From an uncultured virus (IMG/VR IMGVR_UViG_3300044557_000566) (lineage: Duplodnaviria; Heunggongvirae; Uroviricota; Caudoviricetes): a DNA stretch of 64,000 nucleotides. The first letter of the stretch is position 1; each line of letters opens with the position of its first letter. Under the pieces are notes generated by a model. It ran no database searches and had not been told where the DNA came from. It was given only the letters and a program-made list of their open reading frames with translations. Location: IMG/VR virus record IMGVR_UViG_3300044557_000566; one strand, written 5' to 3'. Of this stretch, positions 29,317 through 39,514 are shown in pieces. The translations under genes and the position numbers were made by a program.

Positions 29317-29672
29317 GGTGGAGTCGGAGGGATTCGAACCCTCGTCTTGCTCCCTCTCCCTGATAGCGAATTACAAGCTTCACGCGCACTGCTCTCGGAT
29401 GGAATCACTGGCGCGCGGTCATGCTCCCATCCACTTGGATCTTAAACCATAGCGACTAGACCCGTCATCGCTAATCGATGCCGTATGAGCGACGCGGACG
29501 AATGCTATCAGGCATTGACTTCACATTGTCCACGGACTACGCTGCTAGAGCGAAGTCAGAAGTGTTGTAGGCAGCTTCTGTGTTTCACGAATAGTTAACC
29601 ATGCTGTTCTATCGTGGTTCAGCAACTTGCGCTATTCGGTTATGAGGGCCAATCGATTCCTATATCGACCCC
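29317..29672 (-). ncRNA. ssrA: tmRNA
   Basis: 5' GGGGTCG pairs with 3' CGACTCC-ACC (G3.U70 Ala identity); T-arm GAGGGTTCGAATCCCTC; internal tag AYNTSDFALAA* at 29572-29537; 356 nt. Confidence 0.93.
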
Positions 29673-29712
29673 GTAATAGATAATATATCACAAGAACTGA
29701 CAAGACGCGACC

Positions 29713-30046
29713 GTGGCTGAAGACAGTCCTTGGATCTTTAAAAATATGGACTATATGCTGGCAGATGAACGTTCTGATACCTTAAAGCAAGAGCTTATAT
29801 TCGACTATGCTCAGAACGCAACGGTCTACTATGCTTCTGGTGATAGTCTGAACGGACAAGCGCGGAAAAGCTCATTTGCGTATAACGTAACTTCCTGAGT
29901 GCTAATCCGCTATAGAATCACAAGATCTGTTATGCCCTTGCTACTGGATTCCAGAGAGATCTTGTTTTTGCTGAAACCATAAATAGATGGAACGTCCAAG
30001 ATGACTACAGCTCGCTCATCGTTAGGATCATTAGGGCAGAAGCATG
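29713..30046 (+). pseudogene. Possible decayed gene
   Basis: 61-aa ORF continued in another frame (..FLSANPL*NHKICYALATGFQRDLVFAE..) with a stop. Confidence 0.3.
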
Positions 30047-30127
30047 AGCTGCTTCTGCCCTAGACTTTGGCTCAATTCACTAGAGCTGCTCTGATTCACC
30101 CTTGTTGAGAGTTTCAAGATTCTGATT

Positions 30128-30481
30128 CTAGAAGGCCTCGTCTTGCTGGAGATCCCGGTCTCTCTCAGTTGGTTCGCTAGGACTATCATCAAGATCTCTC
30201 AGCGATACGACGCCGAATTCCGCCTCATACTTACCGTTGAGATACTTGATGACCTCGTCTAGCTTCTCCTGATAGAAGAATCTCATGGCCACATTAGAGC
30301 TGAACTCGATAACATACGGACCAAGATCCGTGTCGATCTCCTCCCCCCTCATGGGTTGGAGGACGATCGCACGATCATCATCAATATCCCTATCCACGTT
30401 ATCACGAACCCACCACGAGATCACTGATGGCGTCTCTTGCTCACTGGTATCCGAATTGTCTTCTGTTTGGTCAGACATCAT
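30128..30481 (-). CDS. Hypothetical acidic protein
   Basis: 117 aa, AGGAG RBS, TGGTACTAT motif upstream. Confidence 0.7.
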   Translation of the reverse strand: MMSDQTEDNSDTSEQETPSVISWWVRDNVDRDIDDDRAIVLQPMRGEEIDTDLGPYVIEFSSNVAMRFFYQEKLDEVIKYLNGKYEAEFGVVSLRDLDDSPSEPTERDRDLQQDEAF

Positions 30482-30548
30482 TACTCCTAGGTTTTAAATC
30501 ATAACATTTTTGTACAGGGTTAATAGTACCAGGAGAGGCTAGTACTAG

Positions 30549-32030
30549 TTAGTGTAGTTCCCTGGCCGCGACGCGATCACCATTGAGCGCTCTCTGATCG
30601 CTCATTTCCCTGAGGTGAACCCTATGCGTTGGCTTGAGGTACTTGTATGCTGACATGTGATGCTTCTTAGAGAATTCCTTAAGCGCGTCAACCTTGATAG
30701 ATCTTGATGTCTTACGCATGGCCTTGGGATCTAGGTGGTTGTCCTTGACGAATGCGTCAACATTCTTCTCATGGAGTACAGCCCTATGGATGGCCTTGTA
30801 CTTGAGGCCATTAGAGCCCTCTGGATGATCACCCTCCTTAGAGAGCTGCCTGAACAGGACGTTCTTGTCGCCCTGCGCGGCCTCACCAGTCTTCCTCATG
30901 TATTCCTCACGACGCTCGATGTCATTCCTGATATGCTGGTGCTCGACGCCAAGCTCGCATAGGGCTGCCCGCTTTGCGCTACCGCTCATAGACGCTATCC
31001 TATCATCTGAGAACCTGCTTGAGATGACCGAATCAGCATACTGGGAGGAAACACTATTAAGCTTGTCCTTATCTGGAGAGAACGTGACCTCATCATCGGC
31101 AAGACCAGACGCGGCCCATGCTGCTGCCCTGGCCGCGGGCGCGCCTTTCATTCCCTTGGGAATGTTCAGGGTAGCGTTGAATGCATTCCTTACCGCGGGA
31201 ATAGAATACCCGTTGTCCTTTACCTCATAGAGATCATTCAGCTCGTCATCTGAAGCTTTTACTGACTTGAGATCATCCTCTAACGCATCTTTGTCTACAG
31301 ATGCTACAGACTGTATCTGGAATCCACCATCAGCAGTGCTGTTGATGTAAAGTACGTTTGAGTATGATTCGCTGGCAACGGCCTTCTTGAGCCTGCCAAT
31401 GTCATCCTCGATAGCATTCGCAGAAGCATACTGCTTGGCGAGGTCAACGTCACTCAACGTCCCCTTTACCTTCTCCTGCTTCTCCTCATACTCATCGCGT
31501 AGATCTTGGGTCATCTTCTTGGTAGATTTGGACTGCCTTACAGTCTTTACTGGGAGATTGTAAGATGACGTTGCAGTCTTGAACTCGACGAACCTTTTAC
31601 CTGCAAAAGCGTTCTTTTCAATCTGTTGAAGAACTGGATCTTTATCAGACCAGTCAGCATACTCGGCGTCATATTTTAATGCTTCATTCAAGGACATGGA
31701 CTTCCTTGCATATGCTGCATGGTAAGCTTGATCTTCAGATGCATACACTCCAGTATGCTTATCCGGCTTACCAGCCTCATATGACAGCATGGGCTTCCCG
31801 TTCTTATCAAGAACGTATCTATTACCGCTATTCTTCTTGCTGAGGGAAAGACTCGGGGTATTAGATGAGTCCGCCTCAACCGGGGCCAGATGCTCGCCGT
31901 TCGGCCCCCTCCAGTACCCGGTGACGTGGACGCCCGCGCGATCGTAGTCTTCCACCCAGGTAGCGCCCTGTACCGGTGGCTCACCATGCCCTATAGATGA
32001 GGAAACCATTTCCGCTTCTGCTGTCATCAT
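30549..32030 (-). CDS. Hypothetical protein with N-terminal V..Y.R.G..V.GYWR motif
   Basis: 493-aa ORF with AGGAGG RBS. Confidence 0.8.
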   Translation of the reverse strand: MMTAEAEMVSSSIGHGEPPVQGATWVEDYDRAGVHVTGYWRGPNGEHLAPVEADSSNTPSLSLSKKNSGNRYVLDKNGKPMLSYEAGKPDKHTGVYASEDQAYHAAYARKSMSLNEALKYDAEYADWSDKDPVLQQIEKNAFAGKRFVEFKTATSSYNLPVKTVRQSKSTKKMTQDLRDEYEEKQEKVKGTLSDVDLAKQYASANAIEDDIGRLKKAVASESYSNVLYINSTADGGFQIQSVASVDKDALEDDLKSVKASDDELNDLYEVKDNGYSIPAVRNAFNATLNIPKGMKGAPAARAAAWAASGLADDEVTFSPDKDKLNSVSSQYADSVISSRFSDDRIASMSGSAKRAALCELGVEHQHIRNDIERREEYMRKTGEAAQGDKNVLFRQLSKEGDHPEGSNGLKYKAIHRAVLHEKNVDAFVKDNHLDPKAMRKTSRSIKVDALKEFSKKHHMSAYKYLKPTHRVHLREMSDQRALNGDRVAARELH

Positions 32031-32126
32031 ATTCCTCCTTGTTAACCACGAAACAACTTGTCATTAATCTATCAAACTGGATAGGAGATCTTATGAACTC
32101 GTGGTCTTATCGATCAATCACGATTC

Positions 32127-33029
32127 TTATCCGATCAGGCTGGTGAACTGCTCCACGAACGCTCCAGACGTGTCGAAAGTGATCTGCCTCCCGTCCACAA
32201 GAATAACCGGCGTGGAGAATGATGTAGCGTCCTTCTTCCACAAGCTCTTATCATTGATCACGTACGTGGTCACGTTCTTCACGTAGGTAGCGTACTTCTT
32301 GTCAGTAATGTGAGCCGCGTCACTAGAATCAACACCAACCTTGACTGCAGCCCTCCGTAGATCTTCATCCGTGACTGGCTTATAATCGGAGCCCTCTCCA
32401 GGTTGGAATCCATTTGAGAACAGGTACGTCAAGTAATCATAGATCTTGTCCGGGGCATAATCAAGGAGTCTGTACACGGAGTTAGCCGCTCTCGTAGAGT
32501 ACTCATCCGTGCTCACGTTATCAAGGAATGCGATCGGGTGAATGCGGAGAACGATCTTATCGTTATTAAGGTATCCCTGATAATACTGGTTAAGACTACG
32601 ATCAACAGCACCGCATCCAGGGCAATTAAGGTCAACGTACGTGTCTACCCGCTTGAGCTTCTTCTCGGACGCCGTCAGTGATGAGTCGGGATTCTTGATT
32701 ATCCCCCGCTTCGTGATGACGATAGCTCCATCCTTCGACACGTACTCGGACGGCTTCACCGCATTAGACGCATTCATGGCCGTGTACGCGCTATCCTTAG
32801 ACGTCGCCACGGTCTCAGAGTTCTGCTTGCTGGCAATGACCCTCCACGTGATAATGCCGGCGATTAACGCGACTATGATGATTACGACGATCACGCCTAT
32901 GATGGTCTGCTTCCTGGCGTCTTCAGGGCTTATAGACGTGAAATCGTTAACCCTTATGCTTTCACCCGTAGCATCACGTCTACTCTTAGATCCAGAGCCC
33001 TTAGCTTTACCAGTGTTATTCCTGCTCAT
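32127..33029 (-). CDS. Membrane-anchored DsbA-family thioredoxin-fold protein
   Basis: TM helix, YVDLNCPGC, HPIAFLD, YSTRAAN, STP cis-Pro motif. Confidence 0.88.
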   Translation of the reverse strand: MSRNNTGKAKGSGSKSRRDATGESIRVNDFTSISPEDARKQTIIGVIVVIIIVALIAGIITWRVIASKQNSETVATSKDSAYTAMNASNAVKPSEYVSKDGAIVITKRGIIKNPDSSLTASEKKLKRVDTYVDLNCPGCGAVDRSLNQYYQGYLNNDKIVLRIHPIAFLDNVSTDEYSTRAANSVYRLLDYAPDKIYDYLTYLFSNGFQPGEGSDYKPVTDEDLRRAAVKVGVDSSDAAHITDKKYATYVKNVTTYVINDKSLWKKDATSFSTPVILVDGRQITFDTSGAFVEQFTSLIG

Positions 33030-33083
33030 TTATCCCATCCTTCAAATCTATGCTTCATCTCGTGGTGAAGATATTGATCTTCC

Positions 33084-34310
33084 TCAGTACTCATCCACGT
33101 CCACATTCTCATGGACTTCATCGTCTGGCTCTGGAGCAGAGTCTAGCTCATCTAGCTCTTCAACCTCATCATCAACGATTGGCTTAGCATTCGGATCTGG
33201 TAGAAGGCTCCTCGGAACGACAGCCTTAGAACCCTCGGCAAAGCCTGGTATGGTTTTTCTCTGTTCCATAATGTACTCGCGCATGAGAGCATCATCAATG
33301 TTCTGCCAGTGGGCTTCCTTATCCTTATGAGTGGTCACGCCCTCCAGGTACGGTATGAATGTCCCATAAGGGTTCATAGATTCGGGCATAAGGTCATCAA
33401 TACGCTCATAACCAGGCTTCCTTGCAAGACGCTGCCTGAACTTCGAGTAGTCAACGAGGTGATGGATTCTCCCGAATTTGAGGATCGCGAACGTGGTTTC
33501 AGGATATGACTTCACGAGATACTTGACCTTACGCAGAGTCCCCTCCTGATGGAACGCTTCGGTCATTCCTCCCTTCTGTGATTGCGTGTCGGGGGTCTGA
33601 TAGGCGAGTATCTTACTAGACACGTTGACGAACCCCCTCTTCTCGTAGTCTAGGGAGATCGTCACGTCATCATTGAATCTCGATCTCCACGGAATCTTTG
33701 GTCCATCTGTACGGAATCGTATGCAAGTGTACGTCTTGCAGTTGACGGAGAACTGCGAGTTCTTCCTATGATTCTGCACGAGACCCTGCTTGTCGATCTC
33801 AGCGAGACCAATGTTGTCAAACTTGTCGAGGAATCGTTGGTACAAGCAGAAGATGTCATTGAGGCTCAGTCTCTTCTCCCTAACGCCCCCGTTCGCGATG
33901 TCCTTCGTCCAAATGTTCTTCTGGAAGAAGAATGCGTCCACGGTGAAGCTCTGAATGTCATCATCCATCATCCAGTAGTGCTTGAGACCCATATCGATGG
34001 CCAGTTGGTGGAGAGCGTTCCTGGCTGGCCCTGGACCAGTGGTGAGCCCCGGCTGCCATCCAAGATCATCACAATAGTCGAATCCATCGGGGTGATTAGC
34101 ATCCCTAGGACTCTTGAACCTCTCAAGATCAAATGCGTACACGTGAGACTCCGGCTCGTACACGCCATCATCGCGGAGTCTCCTCACGTAAGACCAGTAG
34201 TCATCAGGCTCAACAATATAGACCCAGTTGTGGATGTCAAATGCTTCCAGGTTACGATGGGTGTTGCAGTTAGACCCCCTGCCCTTACTCGGTATGAAGG
34301 TCGTATCCAT
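33084..34310 (-). CDS. TAGT/GREB1-like GT-A glycosyltransferase
   Basis: FIPSKGR, VEP, GPARN, YWMMDDDI (DxD), NDD, KGGMTE, YP, GRIHH.VDY. Confidence 0.75.
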   Translation of the reverse strand: MDTTFIPSKGRGSNCNTHRNLEAFDIHNWVYIVEPDDYWSYVRRLRDDGVYEPESHVYAFDLERFKSPRDANHPDGFDYCDDLGWQPGLTTGPGPARNALHQLAIDMGLKHYWMMDDDIQSFTVDAFFFQKNIWTKDIANGGVREKRLSLNDIFCLYQRFLDKFDNIGLAEIDKQGLVQNHRKNSQFSVNCKTYTCIRFRTDGPKIPWRSRFNDDVTISLDYEKRGFVNVSSKILAYQTPDTQSQKGGMTEAFHQEGTLRKVKYLVKSYPETTFAILKFGRIHHLVDYSKFRQRLARKPGYERIDDLMPESMNPYGTFIPYLEGVTTHKDKEAHWQNIDDALMREYIMEQRKTIPGFAEGSKAVVPRSLLPDPNAKPIVDDEVEELDELDSAPEPDDEVHENVDVDEY

Positions 34311-36160
34311 TAATCCTCATCTCCCTTGGCATTATTCTTGGAGCCATCGATCTTAGCATCAGGATCAGAGCTAACGTCACCATCATGCTTCGGCCCGCCC
34401 ATAGTCCACATGTTGATTGGACCAACACGATACTTGGTTCTTATCTTGACGAGCATGTTATTGAACTCATCGGGGCTCGCACGATCATAGATCTTTCCAG
34501 ACTCCGCATCGTAATCTTTACGCATGGCAGCAATCGCCTCTAGTCTTCTACGATTCGCATCGTCGTTAACTATCTTAAGCGCATCTTCATCACTTAGTTC
34601 ATCGTCATCACTTAATATACTGTAGTCGGGAGTGATCTCAGGCAGATCATTTAACTTACCATCGCATACTGCGTCAAGCCACCTGATCTCAATCCACTCA
34701 CCTTTAGCGCACTCCTTATCAGTGGTCTGACGGGTGGTCTTAACATCCATTGGCGTTTTCTTCTCAAGCTTGATCGGGTGAAGCTTGCGATCAACCTCGA
34801 GGACGTCTTTAAAGCACTCGTTAGAATAGAATTTTAGCTTCTCAGGCCACTTCACCCAATCCTCAACGACCTCACGAGTAATGCCGCTATCACTACTAAT
34901 ATTCTTCATGATCAACGACACGGTTAGATTGAACTTCTTAACAGCGTCCTTAGACGATAGATCTAGAGCTTTTTCCGGGGGCGCGATCTCGTCCTTGCTT
35001 ACCACGAATCCTGAATCTTTACGATATTGCTCTAATTCCCTCATAGATTCGATGATAGCCTCTTGATCCATGACTCTATATCTTGTCCTCAAGGTGTGGT
35101 CGATCCAGTAACCGTAACTCTTCAACGGGTCAAAATTCCTCCTGGAGGATCTAAGAATGGCGTTCTCAACGGTAACCGCCTCCATGAATGTATCAATGCC
35201 GGCTTTCTTGGCGGCCGCACGAGCCTTATCATTGTTCACGGGGACACCAACAATCTTCGCGATGCTCTTCTTCGGCACGCCTATCGAGTGGAGGAATACG
35301 ATCCTAGCGACCTTGATTCCATTCTCCATGTTATTGTCATCCCACTTGCTGACCTGATCTAGCTTCTCCTTAAGATTCCCAGAAGTATCAACGCCCTCCT
35401 CGACGGCCTTCCGACGATACTGGTCAATCTGATTCCTAAGGGTCTCGATGTACAGTATCTGCTCATCGTTATACTGGTACCTGCGTCCAAGACTCTTGAT
35501 CCTCATCTTGGCCAGTACTAGTAGATCAACAGCGCTTGCGCTGAGTTGCCTCGGTATCACGTCAATGAACAAGCCGAGCTTCTTGGCCAGATTTCTGTAC
35601 TCTCCAACCTCGTCTGGAACCACGATGAACGTCCCATCATCTCCCTGAACGATTCTGCTCTTCACTCCGCCGTCAACGGACCGGAGCACGTCGTCAACAT
35701 TTGGAGCTAGCCATGTGGACCAGTCATTCATCTTGTTCACGATGAGATTGTAGAATCTGGTCTCATTCCTAGGATGCTTCCAATTCTTGATGATGATTAC
35801 TGGAATTGTAGCCTGCTGCAACGCTCCTGCTGCCAACAGTCTGTGGATACCGTGAATCACAGTTCCATCTGGAGCAGCGATGATCGGCTCAAGGAATCCG
35901 AACTTCCTCATGCTCTCGTCAAGAGCTTCATTAGCCTCACTGTCATACTTCCTGAGACCCTTCTCAGAATCATAGCCCTCACCATTGGAATCATACGGAA
36001 TGATCAACTGGTCAATTGGGTATTCTGGCTTGAAATCGTACTCGACCTTGGGCAACGCTACTCCAGAGAACAACATGGTTGAACTGGACGGCCCACTACT
36101 TCTCTTCTTCGACAAATCATACTCCTTACCGGGGCGACAGATCAGACGTTCAGGATGCAT
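34310..36160 (-). CDS. ParB/Srx N-terminal domain protein
   Basis: L.ESM.KFGFLEPII......IHGIHRL.AA..L....IPVI; 1-nt overlap with the glycosyltransferase. Confidence 0.75.
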   Translation of the reverse strand: MHPERLICRPGKEYDLSKKRSSGPSSSTMLFSGVALPKVEYDFKPEYPIDQLIIPYDSNGEGYDSEKGLRKYDSEANEALDESMRKFGFLEPIIAAPDGTVIHGIHRLLAAGALQQATIPVIIIKNWKHPRNETRFYNLIVNKMNDWSTWLAPNVDDVLRSVDGGVKSRIVQGDDGTFIVVPDEVGEYRNLAKKLGLFIDVIPRQLSASAVDLLVLAKMRIKSLGRRYQYNDEQILYIETLRNQIDQYRRKAVEEGVDTSGNLKEKLDQVSKWDDNNMENGIKVARIVFLHSIGVPKKSIAKIVGVPVNNDKARAAAKKAGIDTFMEAVTVENAILRSSRRNFDPLKSYGYWIDHTLRTRYRVMDQEAIIESMRELEQYRKDSGFVVSKDEIAPPEKALDLSSKDAVKKFNLTVSLIMKNISSDSGITREVVEDWVKWPEKLKFYSNECFKDVLEVDRKLHPIKLEKKTPMDVKTTRQTTDKECAKGEWIEIRWLDAVCDGKLNDLPEITPDYSILSDDDELSDEDALKIVNDDANRRRLEAIAAMRKDYDAESGKIYDRASPDEFNNMLVKIRTKYRVGPINMWTMGGPKHDGDVSSDPDAKIDGSKNNAKGDED

Positions 36161-36361
36161 ATCATCGATGAGAATGCAATTCTATCGTAATACGATCCAT
36201 ATATCTCAACCGGTCACCTATATTATGACAAGGAATCATGGTACCAATATGATCGTTGAAAGAGGAGAGAATTTGATGAGTCTTCACGGACAGATTCTTC
36301 TCAAAACCTGTGATAGAATTTGAGCGGGTGTTTTCACTTACGAGACATCTACCCATATACT

Positions 36362-36694
36362 CTACTTCTCGTCTTTGGTCTTATCGTGGTTCAGGTTAAG
36401 AATCTTTCCTGTTATCCAGACTATGATGACAATGAGAACGACGAGGAACACAGTGTCAAATAGGATCGTAAGGGCAAATGTTAAGAACTGCAGGAGGATC
36501 TTGAATGTGTTCCAGAATGCTATTCCAACGAGGAAGAACATGATGAGACCCCAACCATACCTTGCCGGCCTCTTCCCCTCATCGGCCATAAGGAATAACG
36601 GTGTGACGACGGCCATGAGGAATAACGCTGCGATGACTATAAGAATCTCTCCAAACATGAGAACATACCTCCAGTATAGAAACCAATCCTTCAA
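36362..36694 (-). CDS. Small membrane protein
   Basis: Three hydrophobic segments; TGATATCTT motif upstream. Confidence 0.65.
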   Translation of the reverse strand: MKDWFLYWRYVLMFGEILIVIAALFLMAVVTPLFLMADEGKRPARYGWGLIMFFLVGIAFWNTFKILLQFLTFALTILFDTVFLVVLIVIIVWITGKILNLNHDKTKDEK

Positions 36695-36781
36695 ATCCTA
36701 TAATTAAGATATCAATGGAATCATAGGGGTGATGGCTAAGACGTCTTTTAGAGGCCTGTAGAGATCAATATGGGTTAATGG

Positions 36782-37738
36782 CTACTTATGAGAATCGTGA
36801 TGGCGTTTACGATTCCTCCAGGCGGGAGCGTCATCATCAATCGTCTGGCTATCATGAGCTCTTCTTGCGCGCCACTCGGCTATGATCTGCTCATACCTCG
36901 TATCATACTCCCTATGCAGGGGAACAAGCTCTCCAGGATTCTCCAAGCTGATCGTTGTGATATCGTCATCATCGCAGATAAGAGCAGTCCAGTCACCGAT
37001 CATACTACCATCTGGTAGTGTGCTCATGGTGTCCACAAAGACAATAGGCCACCTGCTCGTCCCCTCATCCTTATGGCGCATCCACTCTTCCACGGTTGGT
37101 ACTGGCGTGTGACCAACGATCTGACTAATCCCAGGAAGTGGATCGTCCAGTAATTCCTTCTTATCCGCCCATAACGGGCTTGGGGTAGATCTCCCGCCCC
37201 GCCCCACTCCGATCGTGTAGAGCTGATCCCAGTCAGACACCTCCAGCATCCTGTTAACATCATGACTGATCTTCTCAGGATCACGTTTCGTTCCATCAAG
37301 ATGCAATTGGAACCACGTGCTAGTGACCCCAGCGTGACTCAAGAGCCAATCCTCATGATTCGAGTGAATGACAGTCGACGCTTGTATTGGTCTTGGTAGC
37401 CTCGTAAGAAGCTCGTGGACGTCTCCCCTGAACTCGTAGTGATGACCGGGGGATTGATTCCAAACCTCGTCGGCACCATAACTATGATCGGATGCGTCTA
37501 GGAGATAGTAAGCATCATGATTTCCAGCAAGAACGTCAACACGGATCGTCTGACTCGATATCCAATCGTGAAGATGCTTGATCTCCCTGAGCTCATCTAC
37601 AGCACTGATGGACCAGTCGTTAAGGAGGTCGCCCATGAGCACGATCCTATTGACATCATATCTCCCCACGATCTTGTCTATAAGGGGAGTGATGGTCGTC
37701 CACTTATCATGGCCATCGCCAATAATCAACGTTCTCAT
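36782..37738 (-). CDS. Calcineurin-like metallophosphoesterase
   Basis: GDGH, MGD, GNHD, SHAG, PLW, VGHTP motifs. Confidence 0.9.
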   Translation of the reverse strand: MRTLIIGDGHDKWTTITPLIDKIVGRYDVNRIVLMGDLLNDWSISAVDELREIKHLHDWISSQTIRVDVLAGNHDAYYLLDASDHSYGADEVWNQSPGHHYEFRGDVHELLTRLPRPIQASTVIHSNHEDWLLSHAGVTSTWFQLHLDGTKRDPEKISHDVNRMLEVSDWDQLYTIGVGRGGRSTPSPLWADKKELLDDPLPGISQIVGHTPVPTVEEWMRHKDEGTSRWPIVFVDTMSTLPDGSMIGDWTALICDDDDITTISLENPGELVPLHREYDTRYEQIIAEWRARRAHDSQTIDDDAPAWRNRKRHHDSHK

Positions 37739-37850
37739 AGTCTTTTCTCCCGTTGTCGTTATGATAAAGATATCATAGATTTAAGTTAAAGACAAACCGA
37801 TGGCCCATGGATGGTGATGAAGATGACCCGTTCACGCATATCTACACGTC

Positions 37851-38432
37851 ATGTGGATATTTGGAAGCAGTAAGAAGAATCTTGCTCAAGATCATGGGCA
37901 GGCCAGTAATGATGATCATGAATATGAACTTGATGCAAACGGAGTAATCGATCCCGACCATCATGATAGTCGTAGCGGCGGCGATGCAGAATCGATCAGG
38001 CCAGGCGCTAATGATGATTCTGATCTTACCAATATTATTGACGATGATTCCAATGACATCCCTCTGGAAGACTCAACGATTGATCCAATCGAACCATCGT
38101 CTCTCATATTAGACTTGAATCGGTATGACGACTCTCCCGTACAAGACCTTACTCCAGGGGAGAGCGCGATGCTACTCTATACTGTTCTCCATGATTATGA
38201 TCAATCCGTCAGCATACATGATCAGATATCGTTGAAGCATGGCTTCGTGGACTCATGGATCACGTCTAGTAGATTCCTACTCGACGTTGAGAATAACGGT
38301 GAGATAGCGTCAGTATGGCTCAAGAAGACTGATGGCGAGCCGCTAGCATTCACGTACGATCCAGAATCAATACGATCTGAGAGGGCTCATGGCAGACTAG
38401 CTCTGAATGTCATCAAGCTGACATTAAAATAA
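37851..38432 (+). CDS. Hypothetical acidic protein
   Basis: 193-aa ORF; CATATCTA 6 nt before the ATG (leaderless-like). Confidence 0.7.
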   Translation: MWIFGSSKKNLAQDHGQASNDDHEYELDANGVIDPDHHDSRSGGDAESIRPGANDDSDLTNIIDDDSNDIPLEDSTIDPIEPSSLILDLNRYDDSPVQDLTPGESAMLLYTVLHDYDQSVSIHDQISLKHGFVDSWITSSRFLLDVENNGEIASVWLKKTDGEPLAFTYDPESIRSERAHGRLALNVIKLTLK

Positions 38433-38440
38433 ATAACCGT

Positions 38441-38532
38441 TTAGACGTGTTCTAACGCGCCATAGACGCTCTCATTTCGCATGAGTAAAAAAACACGTAC
38501 CAGTAATGGTCTCTCGTTAGAACGCAATCTAA
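38441..38532. repeat. 92-bp dispersed element, copy 3 (core inverted relative to arms)
   Basis: Arms TTAGACGTGTTCTA / GTTAGAACGCAATCTAA as in copy 1; core TGAGTAAAAAAACACGTAC is the reverse complement of the copy-1 core (17/19). Confidence 0.88.
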
Positions 38533-38600
38533 TGCGTCTGGGTAACACTGGGGGACTATCATTAGAATAAACCCCGTTCTTGTTGGTTAATGACCACGAA

Positions 38601-39374
38601 TTAGAAAGTGCAGGCTATCAGAGCGGAATGATCTGATAGATCATCACGATCTATAGTCTTAAGACTCCTGAACCCGCCAATCTTTCCATACATCCATCCC
38701 TTGACGAGTATGTGGTCAATGACCCTATGGGGGAGATTTTCAGGCGATACGATCTTGTTCTTTAACGCGACCTGCGCGCCCAATCCGGTGGTTAACGTCG
38801 TACTGAGCGGAGGATTCCTCATGGTCCTTGTGAACTCAGTCCAGAACACTGGCTCTTCCTCTAACCCGTGAATGATCCTCATGGTCTTCTCATTGTCCTC
38901 AGCATTGAAGTCACCAGCCCAGTACACGAGATCACCAGGCTCGACTATAGATGAGGAGTCCTCATTACGATCGGTTGTAGTCATGATGCTCCGTGTTTCC
39001 CTTAGCCTCGATCGAGTCCTATCAGCTCCCCATGCTCCGTGGTAAGAGTATACGACCAGGTTAGTGTTCATGACGCGATCATGAAGCCGTGCAGAGACAA
39101 CGTCGATATTCTTGATGGTCCTGAACGCGATTGAATCATACGCATCGCTCTTCCACGCCACGTAGCTCTTATCAGATCGACTGCACTGTGACGACCCGCT
39201 AATCGTGTACCCGAACTTCCTCAACTCGACCTTTAGCGTGTTCCTTCCACCGTCAGGCACTTCTTGAAGACAAATGACATTCGGGCGCTCCTTAAGGATC
39301 ACTTCAATGATACCAGGTATCCTATCCCACCATGATTCCGCGTCGTTAAGAACATTCCAGGTCATTATCTTCAT
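38601..39374 (-). CDS. Endonuclease/exonuclease/phosphatase (EEP) family protein
   Basis: MTWNV, CLQEV, AGDFN, IDHI, SDH motifs. Confidence 0.9.
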   Translation of the reverse strand: MKIMTWNVLNDAESWWDRIPGIIEVILKERPNVICLQEVPDGGRNTLKVELRKFGYTISGSSQCSRSDKSYVAWKSDAYDSIAFRTIKNIDVVSARLHDRVMNTNLVVYSYHGAWGADRTRSRLRETRSIMTTTDRNEDSSSIVEPGDLVYWAGDFNAEDNEKTMRIIHGLEEEPVFWTEFTRTMRNPPLSTTLTTGLGAQVALKNKIVSPENLPHRVIDHILVKGWMYGKIGGFRSLKTIDRDDLSDHSALIACTF

Positions 39375-39436
39375 ATGATGAAGATATCACGATGATTAAT
39401 GGAAAATCATGATATTGATTGAGCTTTAATAAAATA

Positions 39437-39476
39437 AGATGGGTGAGCATTCCTCTCATGGAATGCTCACCCATCT
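39437..39476 (-). terminator. Intrinsic terminator after the telA-like gene
   Basis: 17-bp inverted repeat followed by a T-rich tract on the minus strand. Confidence 0.8.
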
Positions 39477-39514
39477 AAACGCTATGATTGATTAGTGAAT
39501 GATCTTGGTCTTTA

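Noticed and set aside
29317..29346. Apparent stand-alone tRNA (T-arm GGTTCGAATCC)
   Set aside because: It is the 3' tRNA-like domain of the tmRNA; its pairing 5' strand is at 29666-29672.
32641..33330. Long plus-strand ORFs antisense to real genes (also 2524-3174, 44887-45504, 51266-51967)
   Set aside because: Shadow ORFs opposite well-supported genes, with no RBS or motifs.
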